Shown one piece after another: positions 8,200-15,359 of a stretch of DNA of 15,359 nucleotides (positions are counted from its first letter, which is position 1; the number at the start of each line of letters is the position of its first letter). The DNA comes from a bacterium (GTDB lineage: Bacteria > Zhuqueibacterota > Zhuqueibacteria > Zhuqueibacterales > Zhuqueibacteraceae): assembly GCA_044869275.1 (NCBI GenBank), contig JBIOXB010000248.1, forward strand, positions 1 to 15,359. Reading direction: 5' to 3'. Under the pieces are notes generated by a model, which was not told where the DNA came from, searched no databases, and saw only the letters and a program-made list of their open reading frames with translations. The translations under genes were made by a program, and so were the position numbers.

Positions 8200-8291
8200 T
8201 TTGGTATGAATCCTTAAACCTCATAACCGTGACCGCGCCAAGCTCTACGCACACCCGGCGGGTAGATTGGTTTGACAGATTAAATCGTTGT

Positions 8292-8319
8292 AATATAAGA
8301 CCCGGCGCACAATAGTCAA
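8292..8319 (-). promoter_or_regulatory. Putative sigma70-type promoter of arg operon (TTGACT-N16-TATATT)
   Basis: Minus strand cTTGACT-attgtgcgccgggtct-TATATT about 90 nt upstream of the fusion gene ATG; same cTTGACT -35 as the amt promoter. Confidence 0.6.
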
Positions 8320-8466
8320 GAAAAGTTCGCAGTTTTTTGGGGTTACGGTTCATGAACAGAGTTACAGCCGGAGGTGCCTTCAGGCAGTTCCCAAGCAAGA
8401 CTGTCTTCGTCATTCCTGCGCGCCTTCGACAATTTTAGTTTTTTTGTTACTAATTCACTTTTAAAC

Positions 8467-8494
8467 TTGCGTTTGTTTGTAAATTTATTACATT
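8467..8494 (+). promoter_or_regulatory. Putative sigma70-type promoter, plus strand (TTGCGT-N16-TACATT)
   Basis: cTTGCGT-ttgtttgtaaatttat-TACATT preceded by an AT-rich UP-like tract at 8431-8465; about 260 nt upstream of the M15 gene. Confidence 0.45.
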
Positions 8495-8692
8495 GCCGTT
8501 TAAGAACCGGCGCTAACGTGCAATTGAGTGTGTGAAAAGCTATTGGGGCACCCATCCGCTTCTTCGGCTATCAACTCGAAAGCAACCCTCACCCCGCGGC
8601 CCCCGCTTCCATGACGAAGGGCATGGCAAGTTTCTGAGCCTAAAAACCACGCAGAAAAATATCTAAACATTGGTATCGCCAGAAAAACACAG

Positions 8693-8750
8693 TTGACACG
8701 TGAGCTGGGAAGAGTAAATAGATTGTTTGCCACCAAGCTTAAGGAAGGAG
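8693..8750 (+). promoter_or_regulatory. Possible proximal promoter (TTGACA-N16-TAAATA) and strong RBS for the M15 peptidase
   Basis: Perfect TTGACA at 8693-8698, weak -10 at 8715-8720, AAGGAAGGAG at 8741-8750 before ATG 8755. Confidence 0.4.
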
Positions 8751-8754
8751 TTTT

Positions 8755-9210
8755 ATGCTTACTCAGATCCCTGTGGGATTAGATGAAATCATTTATACCT
8801 TCGGTAGTCTCGACGATCCACATTTTGAGGCTCGAAATATTGTTCTATTCGATTTACCCTATCCCTTGTTTTATGAAAGGACACAGGTGACGCGGGCACG
8901 TTGCCACAAGCTCATCGTTGAAAACTTTCAAAAAGCTTTTGAAGATATAAAAGCCGCTGGATTGGAAGATCAAGTTAAGAATTACAGTGGCATTTATGAG
9001 CAGCGCTCTGTGCGTGGTTTCGGATCGCATCCTTCAACACACTCATGGGGAATCGCAATAGATCTTGAAAGTGAAAAGTATCCACTTGGCAGCGATCTAC
9101 GGTTCCCTGATGAGGTGATCAATATATTTCAAGGCGCTGGCTTCTTTTATGGTGGAGATTTCCGGTCAAGAAAAGACCCCATGCATTTCCAGTTATGCAG
9201 AGGCTACTAA
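8755..9210 (+). CDS. M15 family zinc metallopeptidase (D-Ala-D-Ala carboxypeptidase / L-Ala-D-Glu peptidase-like)
   Basis: Motifs YEQRSVRG, STHSWGIAID (SxHxxxxxxD) and GGDF..KDPMHFQ (DxxH). Strong RBS; 151 aa; no signal peptide or cell-wall-binding domain visible. Confidence 0.9.
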   Translation: MLTQIPVGLDEIIYTFGSLDDPHFEARNIVLFDLPYPLFYERTQVTRARCHKLIVENFQKAFEDIKAAGLEDQVKNYSGIYEQRSVRGFGSHPSTHSWGIAIDLESEKYPLGSDLRFPDEVINIFQGAGFFYGGDFRSRKDPMHFQLCRGY

Positions 9211-9479
9211 TAAACAAATGGGGGTTCGACAGCTCCAACCGATGATAGTCATATAGAGCCCGAATCTTCCAACCCGATAGCGGGCTTTAGATAAAGAAGC
9301 TTGAGTCATGAGGGGAAGGCTGATTCTCCGTTCGAGGATGCGGGGCTTGCGGGAGGTTCTCTTCACGCATCTTTGCACTGCTTATTTGTGGAACCTTCCA
9401 AGATTGCAGGATGAACCTATTGAATAGGACAGAAACATCGTTTAACAAGGCATAAACTTCAGATTGGGAGGCTAACAAA

Positions 9480-9824
9480 ATGTCAAGGCCGTTCAGTCGT
9501 TTTGTGTCCGCCATTGTAATGTTTTGCATAATTTCGATTCAAGGCTGCTATACTTATAGGCTACAGGCGCCGGGCAAGCATGGAGTGGCGGCTGATGGAG
9601 AAATAATCTGGTCACTGGCCTGGGGATTGGTTCAAGAGCAACCCAGAATCAATAACTGCCACGATCAAGCACTCGCCGAAGTAGTTGTACGGAGCAACTT
9701 GGCGTTCGATCTTCTTACTGTGGTTACACTTGGATTTGCCTCACCAAAAAAAGTGCAGTGGAATTGCGCTCCACCCCAACCCGGCGAGGGCACGGTCCCC
9801 ACCGATACAACGAGGAGCAATTAA
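9480..9824 (+). CDS. Bor/Iss-like lipoprotein
   Basis: GGAGG RBS. Signal peptide with lipobox IQG-C (Cys23), W-S-L-A-W-G-L, an internal Cys, and LLTVVTLGFASPKKVQWNC resembling the lambda Bor C-terminal 'TLGIYTP...VYC' pattern; Pro/Thr-rich tail. Confidence 0.75.
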   Translation: MSRPFSRFVSAIVMFCIISIQGCYTYRLQAPGKHGVAADGEIIWSLAWGLVQEQPRINNCHDQALAEVVVRSNLAFDLLTVVTLGFASPKKVQWNCAPPQPGEGTVPTDTTRSN

Positions 9825-9826
9825 GT

Positions 9827-11365
9827 ATGCCAGCTGACGATTTAAGGCCAAATTTTCAAGTCACCGGGCGCAAGCAATGGGTAAACTGGCACGAAAATTT
9901 CAAGCCCCAACCATTGAAAAAGCTCATCGATGTTTGGAACGTGCGGCCAGGAGAATCTCGTATCGAATGGTACAATGCCACGACCAAAGGATTCCAGGAA
10001 GTTATTGCCGAAGCCCTTGGCAGCGAGAATTCAGTTCGCGCTCTCGGTGGCGGATGGTCCTTTTCTGATGTCGCGAGAACCGACGGCATTCTCCTGAACA
10101 CGAGACCATTGAATTACCGTTTCAGAATTAATAGAGATCAAGCTCATCCCAGTTATGCCGGGGATACCAGTAATCTCGCTTTCGTGCAATGCGGCATCTC
10201 AATCGCTGATCTGAATCGATACCTGAGAGATAAAGGTAAGTCCCTCAAGACTTCTGGCGCTAGTAACGGTCAGACGATAGCCGGCGCGCTCTCGACGGGA
10301 ACCCATGGATCCGCACTCGATATAGGGGCAATTCAAGACTACGTTGTTGGGCTTCACTTGATTGTCGCTCCTGACAAGGCCGTCTGGCTTGAGCGAGCAT
10401 CCCATCCCGTCGTAGCAGACGCATTCCCAAATGTTTTACAAGCGGAGCTGATTAGAGATGACGAAATCTTCAATGCGGCCCTCATTAGTTTTGGCTGCTT
10501 CGGCATCATTCACGGGGTGGTTGTCGAGGCCGCCGATTTGTATTACTTACAGGCTTATCGCCGACTCATGACACTTGATGAAGGATTGTGGAAAGCCATT
10601 AATTCATTAGATTTCACGGACATTTCTCTGCCTCGACCGGCCACGCAGCGACCGTTTCATTTTCAATTTGTGATTAATCCATTTGATGGCGCTGGCAAGG
10701 GATACGTAACTGTCATGTACAAAGATTCCACCCCGGCAAGCGACTGCAATTCTCCCAGCCCAGGCAGCAAGCTCAAGCAAGGCGATGGCGCACTGGAGGT
10801 TATAGGCGTGATATCGGAAATCGCATCGGCAGTCACGCCGACCGTCGTGAATCATCTCATCCAGCGTTTTTATAATGAATATGAAGGCGTATGCGGCACC
10901 CACGGCGAGATATTCACCGATACGACCACACGTGGAAAAGCCGCCAGCACGGCCATGGGCATTCCACTGGGGCGTGTGCGCGAAGCTGTCAACATCGCCC
11001 TGCCGTTAATCGCTTCAAATCAAACACCAGCTTTGGTGGCACTGCGGTATGTCCGCTCGTCGGAAGCCAGCTTGGCATTCACGTTACATCGCCCTCACAC
11101 ATGTGTGCTGGAAATTGACGGGCCCCGGTCAAGACAAGTGACCAATACTTACAAACAAATATGGCGCGCTTTCGACGAAGCCCGAATCCCTTACACCTTT
11201 CACTGGGGGAAGATGAACAATCTTGATGCTGAGCGAGTACGCAAGATGTTTGGCGAGCAGAGAGTTGGAGCATGGATTGCCGCGCGGCGGAAGCTGTTGC
11301 CGACCTCGGGTTTGCGACGGGTCTTTAGCAATGATTTCTTGGCGCAACTGAGAATGAACGGCTAA
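9827..11365 (+). CDS. FAD-linked oxidoreductase, ALO / L-gulonolactone oxidase family (FAD_binding_4 + ALO-like C-terminus)
   Basis: Likely start MPADDL at ATG 9827 (GAGGAG RBS, 2 nt after the lipoprotein stop). Motifs WVNW, VRALGGGWSFS, GQTIAGALSTGTHGS, SFGCFGII and C-terminal FHWGK; 512 aa. Confidence 0.88.
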   Translation: MPADDLRPNFQVTGRKQWVNWHENFKPQPLKKLIDVWNVRPGESRIEWYNATTKGFQEVIAEALGSENSVRALGGGWSFSDVARTDGILLNTRPLNYRFRINRDQAHPSYAGDTSNLAFVQCGISIADLNRYLRDKGKSLKTSGASNGQTIAGALSTGTHGSALDIGAIQDYVVGLHLIVAPDKAVWLERASHPVVADAFPNVLQAELIRDDEIFNAALISFGCFGIIHGVVVEAADLYYLQAYRRLMTLDEGLWKAINSLDFTDISLPRPATQRPFHFQFVINPFDGAGKGYVTVMYKDSTPASDCNSPSPGSKLKQGDGALEVIGVISEIASAVTPTVVNHLIQRFYNEYEGVCGTHGEIFTDTTTRGKAASTAMGIPLGRVREAVNIALPLIASNQTPALVALRYVRSSEASLAFTLHRPHTCVLEIDGPRSRQVTNTYKQIWRAFDEARIPYTFHWGKMNNLDAERVRKMFGEQRVGAWIAARRKLLPTSGLRRVFSNDFLAQLRMNG

Positions 11366-11385
11366 CAATACGAGGAGTGCTAGAC

Positions 11386-12210
11386 ATGATCTTGATTAGC
11401 TGCCGCAGGGATTTTTCCGACAGCTCCGCATTCTCGAGCCGGAATGCTATCCGCAATTTTCCCGTCTTGCCACGGCTCGATCAATTCGAAGAACTGGACG
11501 AAATGGGTCTCGCTCAACAAATGCAGGGCAAGCACATCTTGATTCTCATACACGGCTTTAGAAATTCACTCCCGGACGTCCTGGACTCATACCAGCGGTT
11601 GCTCAAAGGGCTCAAGGAGAATCTCCTCCTGAGCAACACCGGTTACGGGCTCGTGCTGGGCTTCAGTTGGCCTGGTTTCGAGACTTCCTTGGGGTTCTTT
11701 CCAGCCGTTCCGTTCGCCAACAGGTCCGCTGGTTTCTTCCGCAGCCTCCTGGAGCTCGCCTCGCGCAATGCTCGCACGGTTGATGTCCAAACGCACAGCC
11801 TGGGTGCTCGCGTCGCATTGCAGGCGCTAGCTGGAGGAACCGAGGGCTTCATCGACAACCTGATGCTGACGGCGCCGGCTGTCGATGATGAGGTCCTTGA
11901 ACCTCGCCAGGAACTCAATCGAGCGCTGCTGGGATGCCGCCGGTGCTTGGTCTATCACAGCGAGCGGGACAAAACTCTAAAGATCGCCTTTAGGATTGCC
12001 GGAGCCCCGGAGTTCGATAAGGCGCTGGGTTGGAAAGGTCCCCAACGTCCGAATATCATTGAGCGTGACTGCCGTGAAGTCTTCGTCGTTGACTGTAAGA
12101 ACGCCGTGGGCTCGCACGGTGGCTATCGCACCAGTGGCGCATACTACGAGCATTGGAGCCGTGTTCTCCATGAAGCGCCACTCCCGCGCTTCGAGACGCT
12201 GAGAGGTTAA
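11386..12210 (+). CDS. Alpha/beta hydrolase (DUF900-like)
   Basis: ATG 11386 downstream of GAGGAG. Motifs LILIHGFRN, FSWP, nucleophile elbow THSLG, LTAPAV, YHSERD and C-terminal SHGGY. Confidence 0.85.
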   Translation: MILISCRRDFSDSSAFSSRNAIRNFPVLPRLDQFEELDEMGLAQQMQGKHILILIHGFRNSLPDVLDSYQRLLKGLKENLLLSNTGYGLVLGFSWPGFETSLGFFPAVPFANRSAGFFRSLLELASRNARTVDVQTHSLGARVALQALAGGTEGFIDNLMLTAPAVDDEVLEPRQELNRALLGCRRCLVYHSERDKTLKIAFRIAGAPEFDKALGWKGPQRPNIIERDCREVFVVDCKNAVGSHGGYRTSGAYYEHWSRVLHEAPLPRFETLRG

Positions 12211-12413
12211 CAGCACGGCAACGGAAAACCGCCGGCAATGTGTTGAGTGGTTGGTTGGGTATACCAACCGAACTTCGCTTCGGTCCGCGCAGGTGTACGG
12301 TCACATTCATTACCATTCCTCCCTTGCCTTCTGCCATTCCCCTTCATACCATTCTTTCCCGTGCGGCTAAACTTTGCAGAATACTGGATCCTTGTGGCTG
12401 GCAAGCTTGCCGC

Positions 12414-12442
12414 TTGTGTTTGCGCTTTCTCCTGGTTATATT
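12414..12442 (+). promoter_or_regulatory. Putative sigma70-type promoter of the ABC transporter (TTGTGT-N17-TATATT)
   Basis: cTTGTGT-ttgcgctttctcctggt-TATATT about 40 nt upstream of ATG 12480; same -10 as the arg promoter. Confidence 0.5.
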
Positions 12443-12479
12443 TCGCGCTCGATTTCGAAATGACACGAACGCGCGAAAC

Positions 12480-13184
12480 ATGATTCGCCTCGAAAAAATT
12501 TCCAAAATCTATGGTTCCGGCGACAATGCCAGCGCCGCTTTGCATGAGATCGATTTGACGATTCGCTCCGGCGAGTTTGTGGCCCTGTATGGCGCGAGCG
12601 GCTCGGGCAAGAGCACATTGTTGAATTTGATCAGCGGCATCGACCGGCCCAGCAAGGGCAAAATCTTCTTTGCCGGGCAGGAGCTCACGGAGATGGACGA
12701 AACCGAGCTCACGCTTTTGCGTCGCGAGAAGATCGGATTCGTTTTTCAATTCTTCAATTTACTGCCCACGCTTTCCGTGCTCGAGAACGTGATGCTGCCG
12801 GCGCAGCTCAACGCGCACTCGGATCATGAGGTGCAATCACGCGCCCTCGCCTTATTGCGGGCACTGGGCATGCACGAGCGCTTGCAGGAATTACCCGATC
12901 AATTCTCCGGCGGGCAACAACAGCGCGTGGCCATCGCCCGCGCCTTGATTAATGATCCGCCGCTGCTGCTCGCCGACGAGCCTACCGGCAATCTCGACTC
13001 CGAAAACGGGGTGCGTATTTTGAGTCTTCTCCAACAAATGGCGCGGGCAGAGGGGAAGACGGTATTGCTGGCAACCCACAGCCTCGAAGCGGCGCGTTTT
13101 GCCGATCGCCTGCTTCAGGTGCGCGACGGGAAGATCGTGCCGCTAGAGGCAAAAGGCGTTCGTGCGGGCGAAGGGTTGGAATGA
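12480..13184 (+). CDS. ABC transporter ATP-binding protein (LolD/MacB/SalX-like)
   Basis: Start [11 protein letters not shown] (ATG 12480). Walker [19 protein letters not shown], signature [14 protein letters not shown], Walker [14 protein letters not shown]-loop ATH. Confidence 0.95.
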   Translation: MIRLEKISKIYGSGDNASAALHEIDLTIRSGEFVALYGASGSGKSTLLNLISGIDRPSKGKIFFAGQELTEMDETELTLLRREKIGFVFQFFNLLPTLSVLENVMLPAQLNAHSDHEVQSRALALLRALGMHERLQELPDQFSGGQQQRVAIARALINDPPLLLADEPTGNLDSENGVRILSLLQQMARAEGKTVLLATHSLEAARFADRLLQVRDGKIVPLEAKGVRAGEGLE

Positions 13185-13185
13185 G

Positions 13186-13350
13186 GGATTATTGGATAGG
13201 GGGATCGCGGGATTATTTGATTCGTGGATTGTTGGATTAATGGATTGATGGATTATTGGATTGATGGGATTGCAGATACCTACAATCATCCATTAATTCA
13301 ACACTCCATCAATCCAAAACTCCAACAATCCTTCAATCCACCCCTCCACC
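13186..13350. repeat. Inverted 8-bp-periodic low-complexity repeat (GGATTRWT)n / (AWYAATCC)n
   Basis: Left arm ggattgtt-ggattaat-ggattgat-ggattatt-ggattgat...; right arm attaattc-aacactcc-atcaatcc-aaaactcc-aacaatcc-ttcaatcc. The arms are imperfect reverse complements. Confidence 0.8.
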
Positions 13351-13365
13351 CAAGGAGTCGTGGCT

Positions 13366-15359
13366 GTGCTGAAGTTGCTTCGCCTATTCAACTTTCGCCA
13401 CCTCCGCCGGCGGCGTTTGGCAACGGTCTTGTGCCTGGTGGGCATCGCCATTGGCGTGGCGGTGATAGTGGCGATCGATCTTGCCAATGAGAATGCAATG
13501 CTGAGTTTCCGGCGCACGGTTGATGCCGTCACCGGCCAGGCGACGCATCAAATCACCGGCGGGCCGGGTGGCATTCCCGATTCGCTCGCCGCGGCCATCA
13601 TGCGCGAACCGAAATCGAATGCGACGCCCATCATCGAATATGTTGCCGCCTGCCGCGAGGCGAATGAAGACGCCTTGCACCTGCTCGGTGTCGATCCTTT
13701 CAAAGACGCCACTTTTCGCGATTTTTCCAGCTTTAGGGCGAATCCAGATTCCGTCTTTCGTGTACTCGATCCAACGCTATTCAAATTTCTGACGAGGCCG
13801 GGCGCAGCTTTGGTCAGTGCACCATTTATGCAGAAATACGGCCTCGCGGTAAATGACACGCTGCACGTGCTCGTGGGCAGCGACTGGCGGATTCTAGTCA
13901 TAGCTGGAATGATTGCTGACGAACTGCTCGCGCACATGGGGTTCGACCATCTTGCGTTAATGGATATCAGCACGGCCCAGGAAATCTTGGGCAAGACCGG
14001 CTATATCGATCGCCTCGATTTGCAGGCTGACGCCGGTCAAATTGCCGCTTGGCAGGCGAAACTTCCGGCGGCGCTCAAAATCACGCCGGCGGCGGGGCGC
14101 ACGCGCCGCGTCGACGATATGCTGCGCTCGTTCCGCCTGAATCTCACCGCACTTTCCTTTCTGGCGGTGCTGGTGGGCATGTTTCTCATCTACAACACCA
14201 TGATGTTTGCCGTGATTCACCGCCGCAAACAAATCGGCATCTTGCGTTGCCTCGGCGTCACGCCGAAACAAATCGTGGGGAACGCCCTGGCCGAAGCTTT
14301 TTTGCTCGGAGTCATCGGGGCGTCGCTGGGCCTCGCGTTGGGAATTTTTCTGGCGCACTATACCACGGCCGCGGTGAGCTCCACGATCTCGCAGCTCTAT
14401 GTGTTTCTCAAAGTCACAGGCGTGCAGCTGGAATGGCCGATCCTGGCCAAGGCATTTGGTTTGGGCATTTTCACGACTTTCGTGGCGAGCGCATTGCCGG
14501 CTTATGAAGCCGCGACGACTTCCCCGGCGTTGGCGGTGCGGCGTTCCACACTCGAATCGCGCGCGGGCAAATACGCGCCGTGGTTGAGTGCCGTGGGAAT
14601 GGTTTTACTCCTCGCATCTTTTTTCCTTTATCTTCTTTCCGAAAGTTTCTGGGGCGGATTGGGCGTGGCGCTGGGCGTGGGATGGGCGGCGATTTGTTTC
14701 ACACCTCTGTTGACGCTCGCGCTGACACGCACGTTGTCTCCCGTGAGTCGCCGCTATGCCGGCCAGCCAGGATTATTGGCCACCCGCAGCATACGCGCCG
14801 CGCTGAGCCGCACCGCGATTGCGATTGCGGCGCTGATGCTCGCGCTGGCGATGGTATTGGGCATGCGCTTGATGATCACCAGCTTTCGCGCCACGGTGGC
14901 GGCGTGGGTGAATACTTTTCTCGAAGGCGATCTTTATTTGTCGCCCTCCGGCTTTGCCACCGCGAAATGGGAGGCGACGATGAGCCCGGATTTCATCCGC
15001 TATCTGCGCGCACAGCCGGAGGTCGAAGCGATCAACCGTTACGGCGTCACGCCGTTCGAATATCAAAGCAAAGCGATTTATTTGGTTGCGATCGACGCCG
15101 AGATCATCAAAGACCGCCTGCCTTTCATCTTCACCGGTGGCCGGCCTGGTGAAAACTGGCAGGGCATGCTGAACGGTGAGGTATTCGTTTCCGAAATGTT
15201 CGCGCGGCGTTTTCGAAAAAGCGCGGGCGATACCATACCATTGCAAACGCAAATGGGCACGGGGGTTTTTAAGGTGGCAGCGGTTTTCGTGGATTATTCC
15301 TTTGACCTTGGCCAAATTATGATGGATTACCGCGCCTTTGCACAACACTGGGGCCCGTC
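13366..15359 (+). CDS. ABC transporter permease, FtsX/MacB-like (two-repeat type), 3' partial
   Basis: Not in the ORF track because it has no stop in the window. GTG 13366 after AAGGAG; MLKLLRLFNFRHLRRRRLATVLCLVGIAIGVAVIVAIDLAN..., FRLNLTALSFLAVLVGMFLIYNTM..RRKQIGILRCLG, second repeat RTAIAIAALMLALAM; frame still open at the window end. Confidence 0.93.
   Translation, partial: MLKLLRLFNFRHLRRRRLATVLCLVGIAIGVAVIVAIDLANENAMLSFRRTVDAVTGQATHQITGGPGGIPDSLAAAIMREPKSNATPIIEYVAACREANEDALHLLGVDPFKDATFRDFSSFRANPDSVFRVLDPTLFKFLTRPGAALVSAPFMQKYGLAVNDTLHVLVGSDWRILVIAGMIADELLAHMGFDHLALMDISTAQEILGKTGYIDRLDLQADAGQIAAWQAKLPAALKITPAAGRTRRVDDMLRSFRLNLTALSFLAVLVGMFLIYNTMMFAVIHRRKQIGILRCLGVTPKQIVGNALAEAFLLGVIGASLGLALGIFLAHYTTAAVSSTISQLYVFLKVTGVQLEWPILAKAFGLGIFTTFVASALPAYEAATTSPALAVRRSTLESRAGKYAPWLSAVGMVLLLASFFLYLLSESFWGGLGVALGVGWAAICFTPLLTLALTRTLSPVSRRYAGQPGLLATRSIRAALSRTAIAIAALMLALAMVLGMRLMITSFRATVAAWVNTFLEGDLYLSPSGFATAKWEATMSPDFIRYLRAQPEVEAINRYGVTPFEYQSKAIYLVAIDAEIIKDRLPFIFTGGRPGENWQGMLNGEVFVSEMFARRFRKSAGDTIPLQTQMGTGVFKVAAVFVDYSFDLGQIMMDYRAFAQHWGP

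Noticed and set aside
3052..8217. Long plus-strand ORFs (3653..4582, 5370..5990, 6403..7308, 7522..8217 etc.)
   Set aside because: Antisense to well-supported arg and phosphoesterase genes; typical GC-rich shadow ORFs.
8196..8226. Possible ARG box at the arg operon start (TATGAAT...TCATA)
   Set aside because: Only a half-site; spacing does not fit TGAAT-N4-ATTCA, and there is no argR in the window.
7868..8413. 181-aa minus ORF overlapping the fusion gene start, considered as a leader peptide
   Set aside because: Out of frame over the GNAT domain and spans the predicted promoter; no attenuator structure seen.
9218..9240. GGTTCGA tRNA T-loop-like motif after the M15 gene, a possible att site
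   Set aside because: T-stem pairing is imperfect, with no cloverleaf, no matching direct repeat and no integrase.
9193..9529. Minus-strand ORFs 9193..9378 and 9287..9529, and a 39-codon plus ORF from 9308
   Set aside because: The minus ORFs overlap real genes on the opposite strand; none has a clear RBS, motif or holin-like hydrophobic segment.
12240..12479. 80-aa N-terminal extension of the ABC ATPase
   Set aside because: Runs through low-complexity DNA and the predicted promoter; the domain starts at MIRLEKISK.
13224..13532. ORFs 13224..13490 (+) and 13293..13532 (-), and a CRISPR reading of the repeat
   Set aside because: The W/I/D-rich translations are artefacts of the 8-bp repeat; there is no constant repeat with unique spacers and no cas gene.
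13384..15348. Multiple short ORFs in the final 2 kb
   Set aside because: Alternate-frame or antisense shadows of the frame-1 permease that runs off the window.

Overview
Bacterial genomic window with three blocks. (1) Minus strand 1-8199 covers nitrogen and arginine metabolism: an ammonium transporter (amt, 3' end runs off the window) and a Bacteroidetes-style arg cluster, [GNAT(ArgA-like)-ArgG fusion]-argC-argD-[metallophosphoesterase]-[VanZ-like membrane protein]-argB. The cluster has no argF, argE or argH in the window, and its ArgG domain carries substitutions in conserved motifs. (2) Plus strand 8755-12210 is an accessory-looking four-gene block: stand-alone M15 zinc peptidase, Bor/Iss-like lipoprotein, ALO/gulonolactone-oxidase-family FAD oxidoreductase lacking the flavinylation His, and DUF900-type alpha/beta hydrolase. 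I do not recognise this combination as a characterised system; it is the best candidate for something undescribed. (3) Plus strand 12480-end is a LolD/MacB-type ABC ATPase and a large FtsX-like permease (partial). Intergenic regions hold a ~150 bp nested-hairpin REP/MITE-like element (argC-argD), an 8-bp-periodic inverted low-complexity repeat (ATPase-permease), several sigma70-like promoters and palindromes upstream of amt. No rRNA, tRNA, CRISPR array, integrase or transposase was seen.
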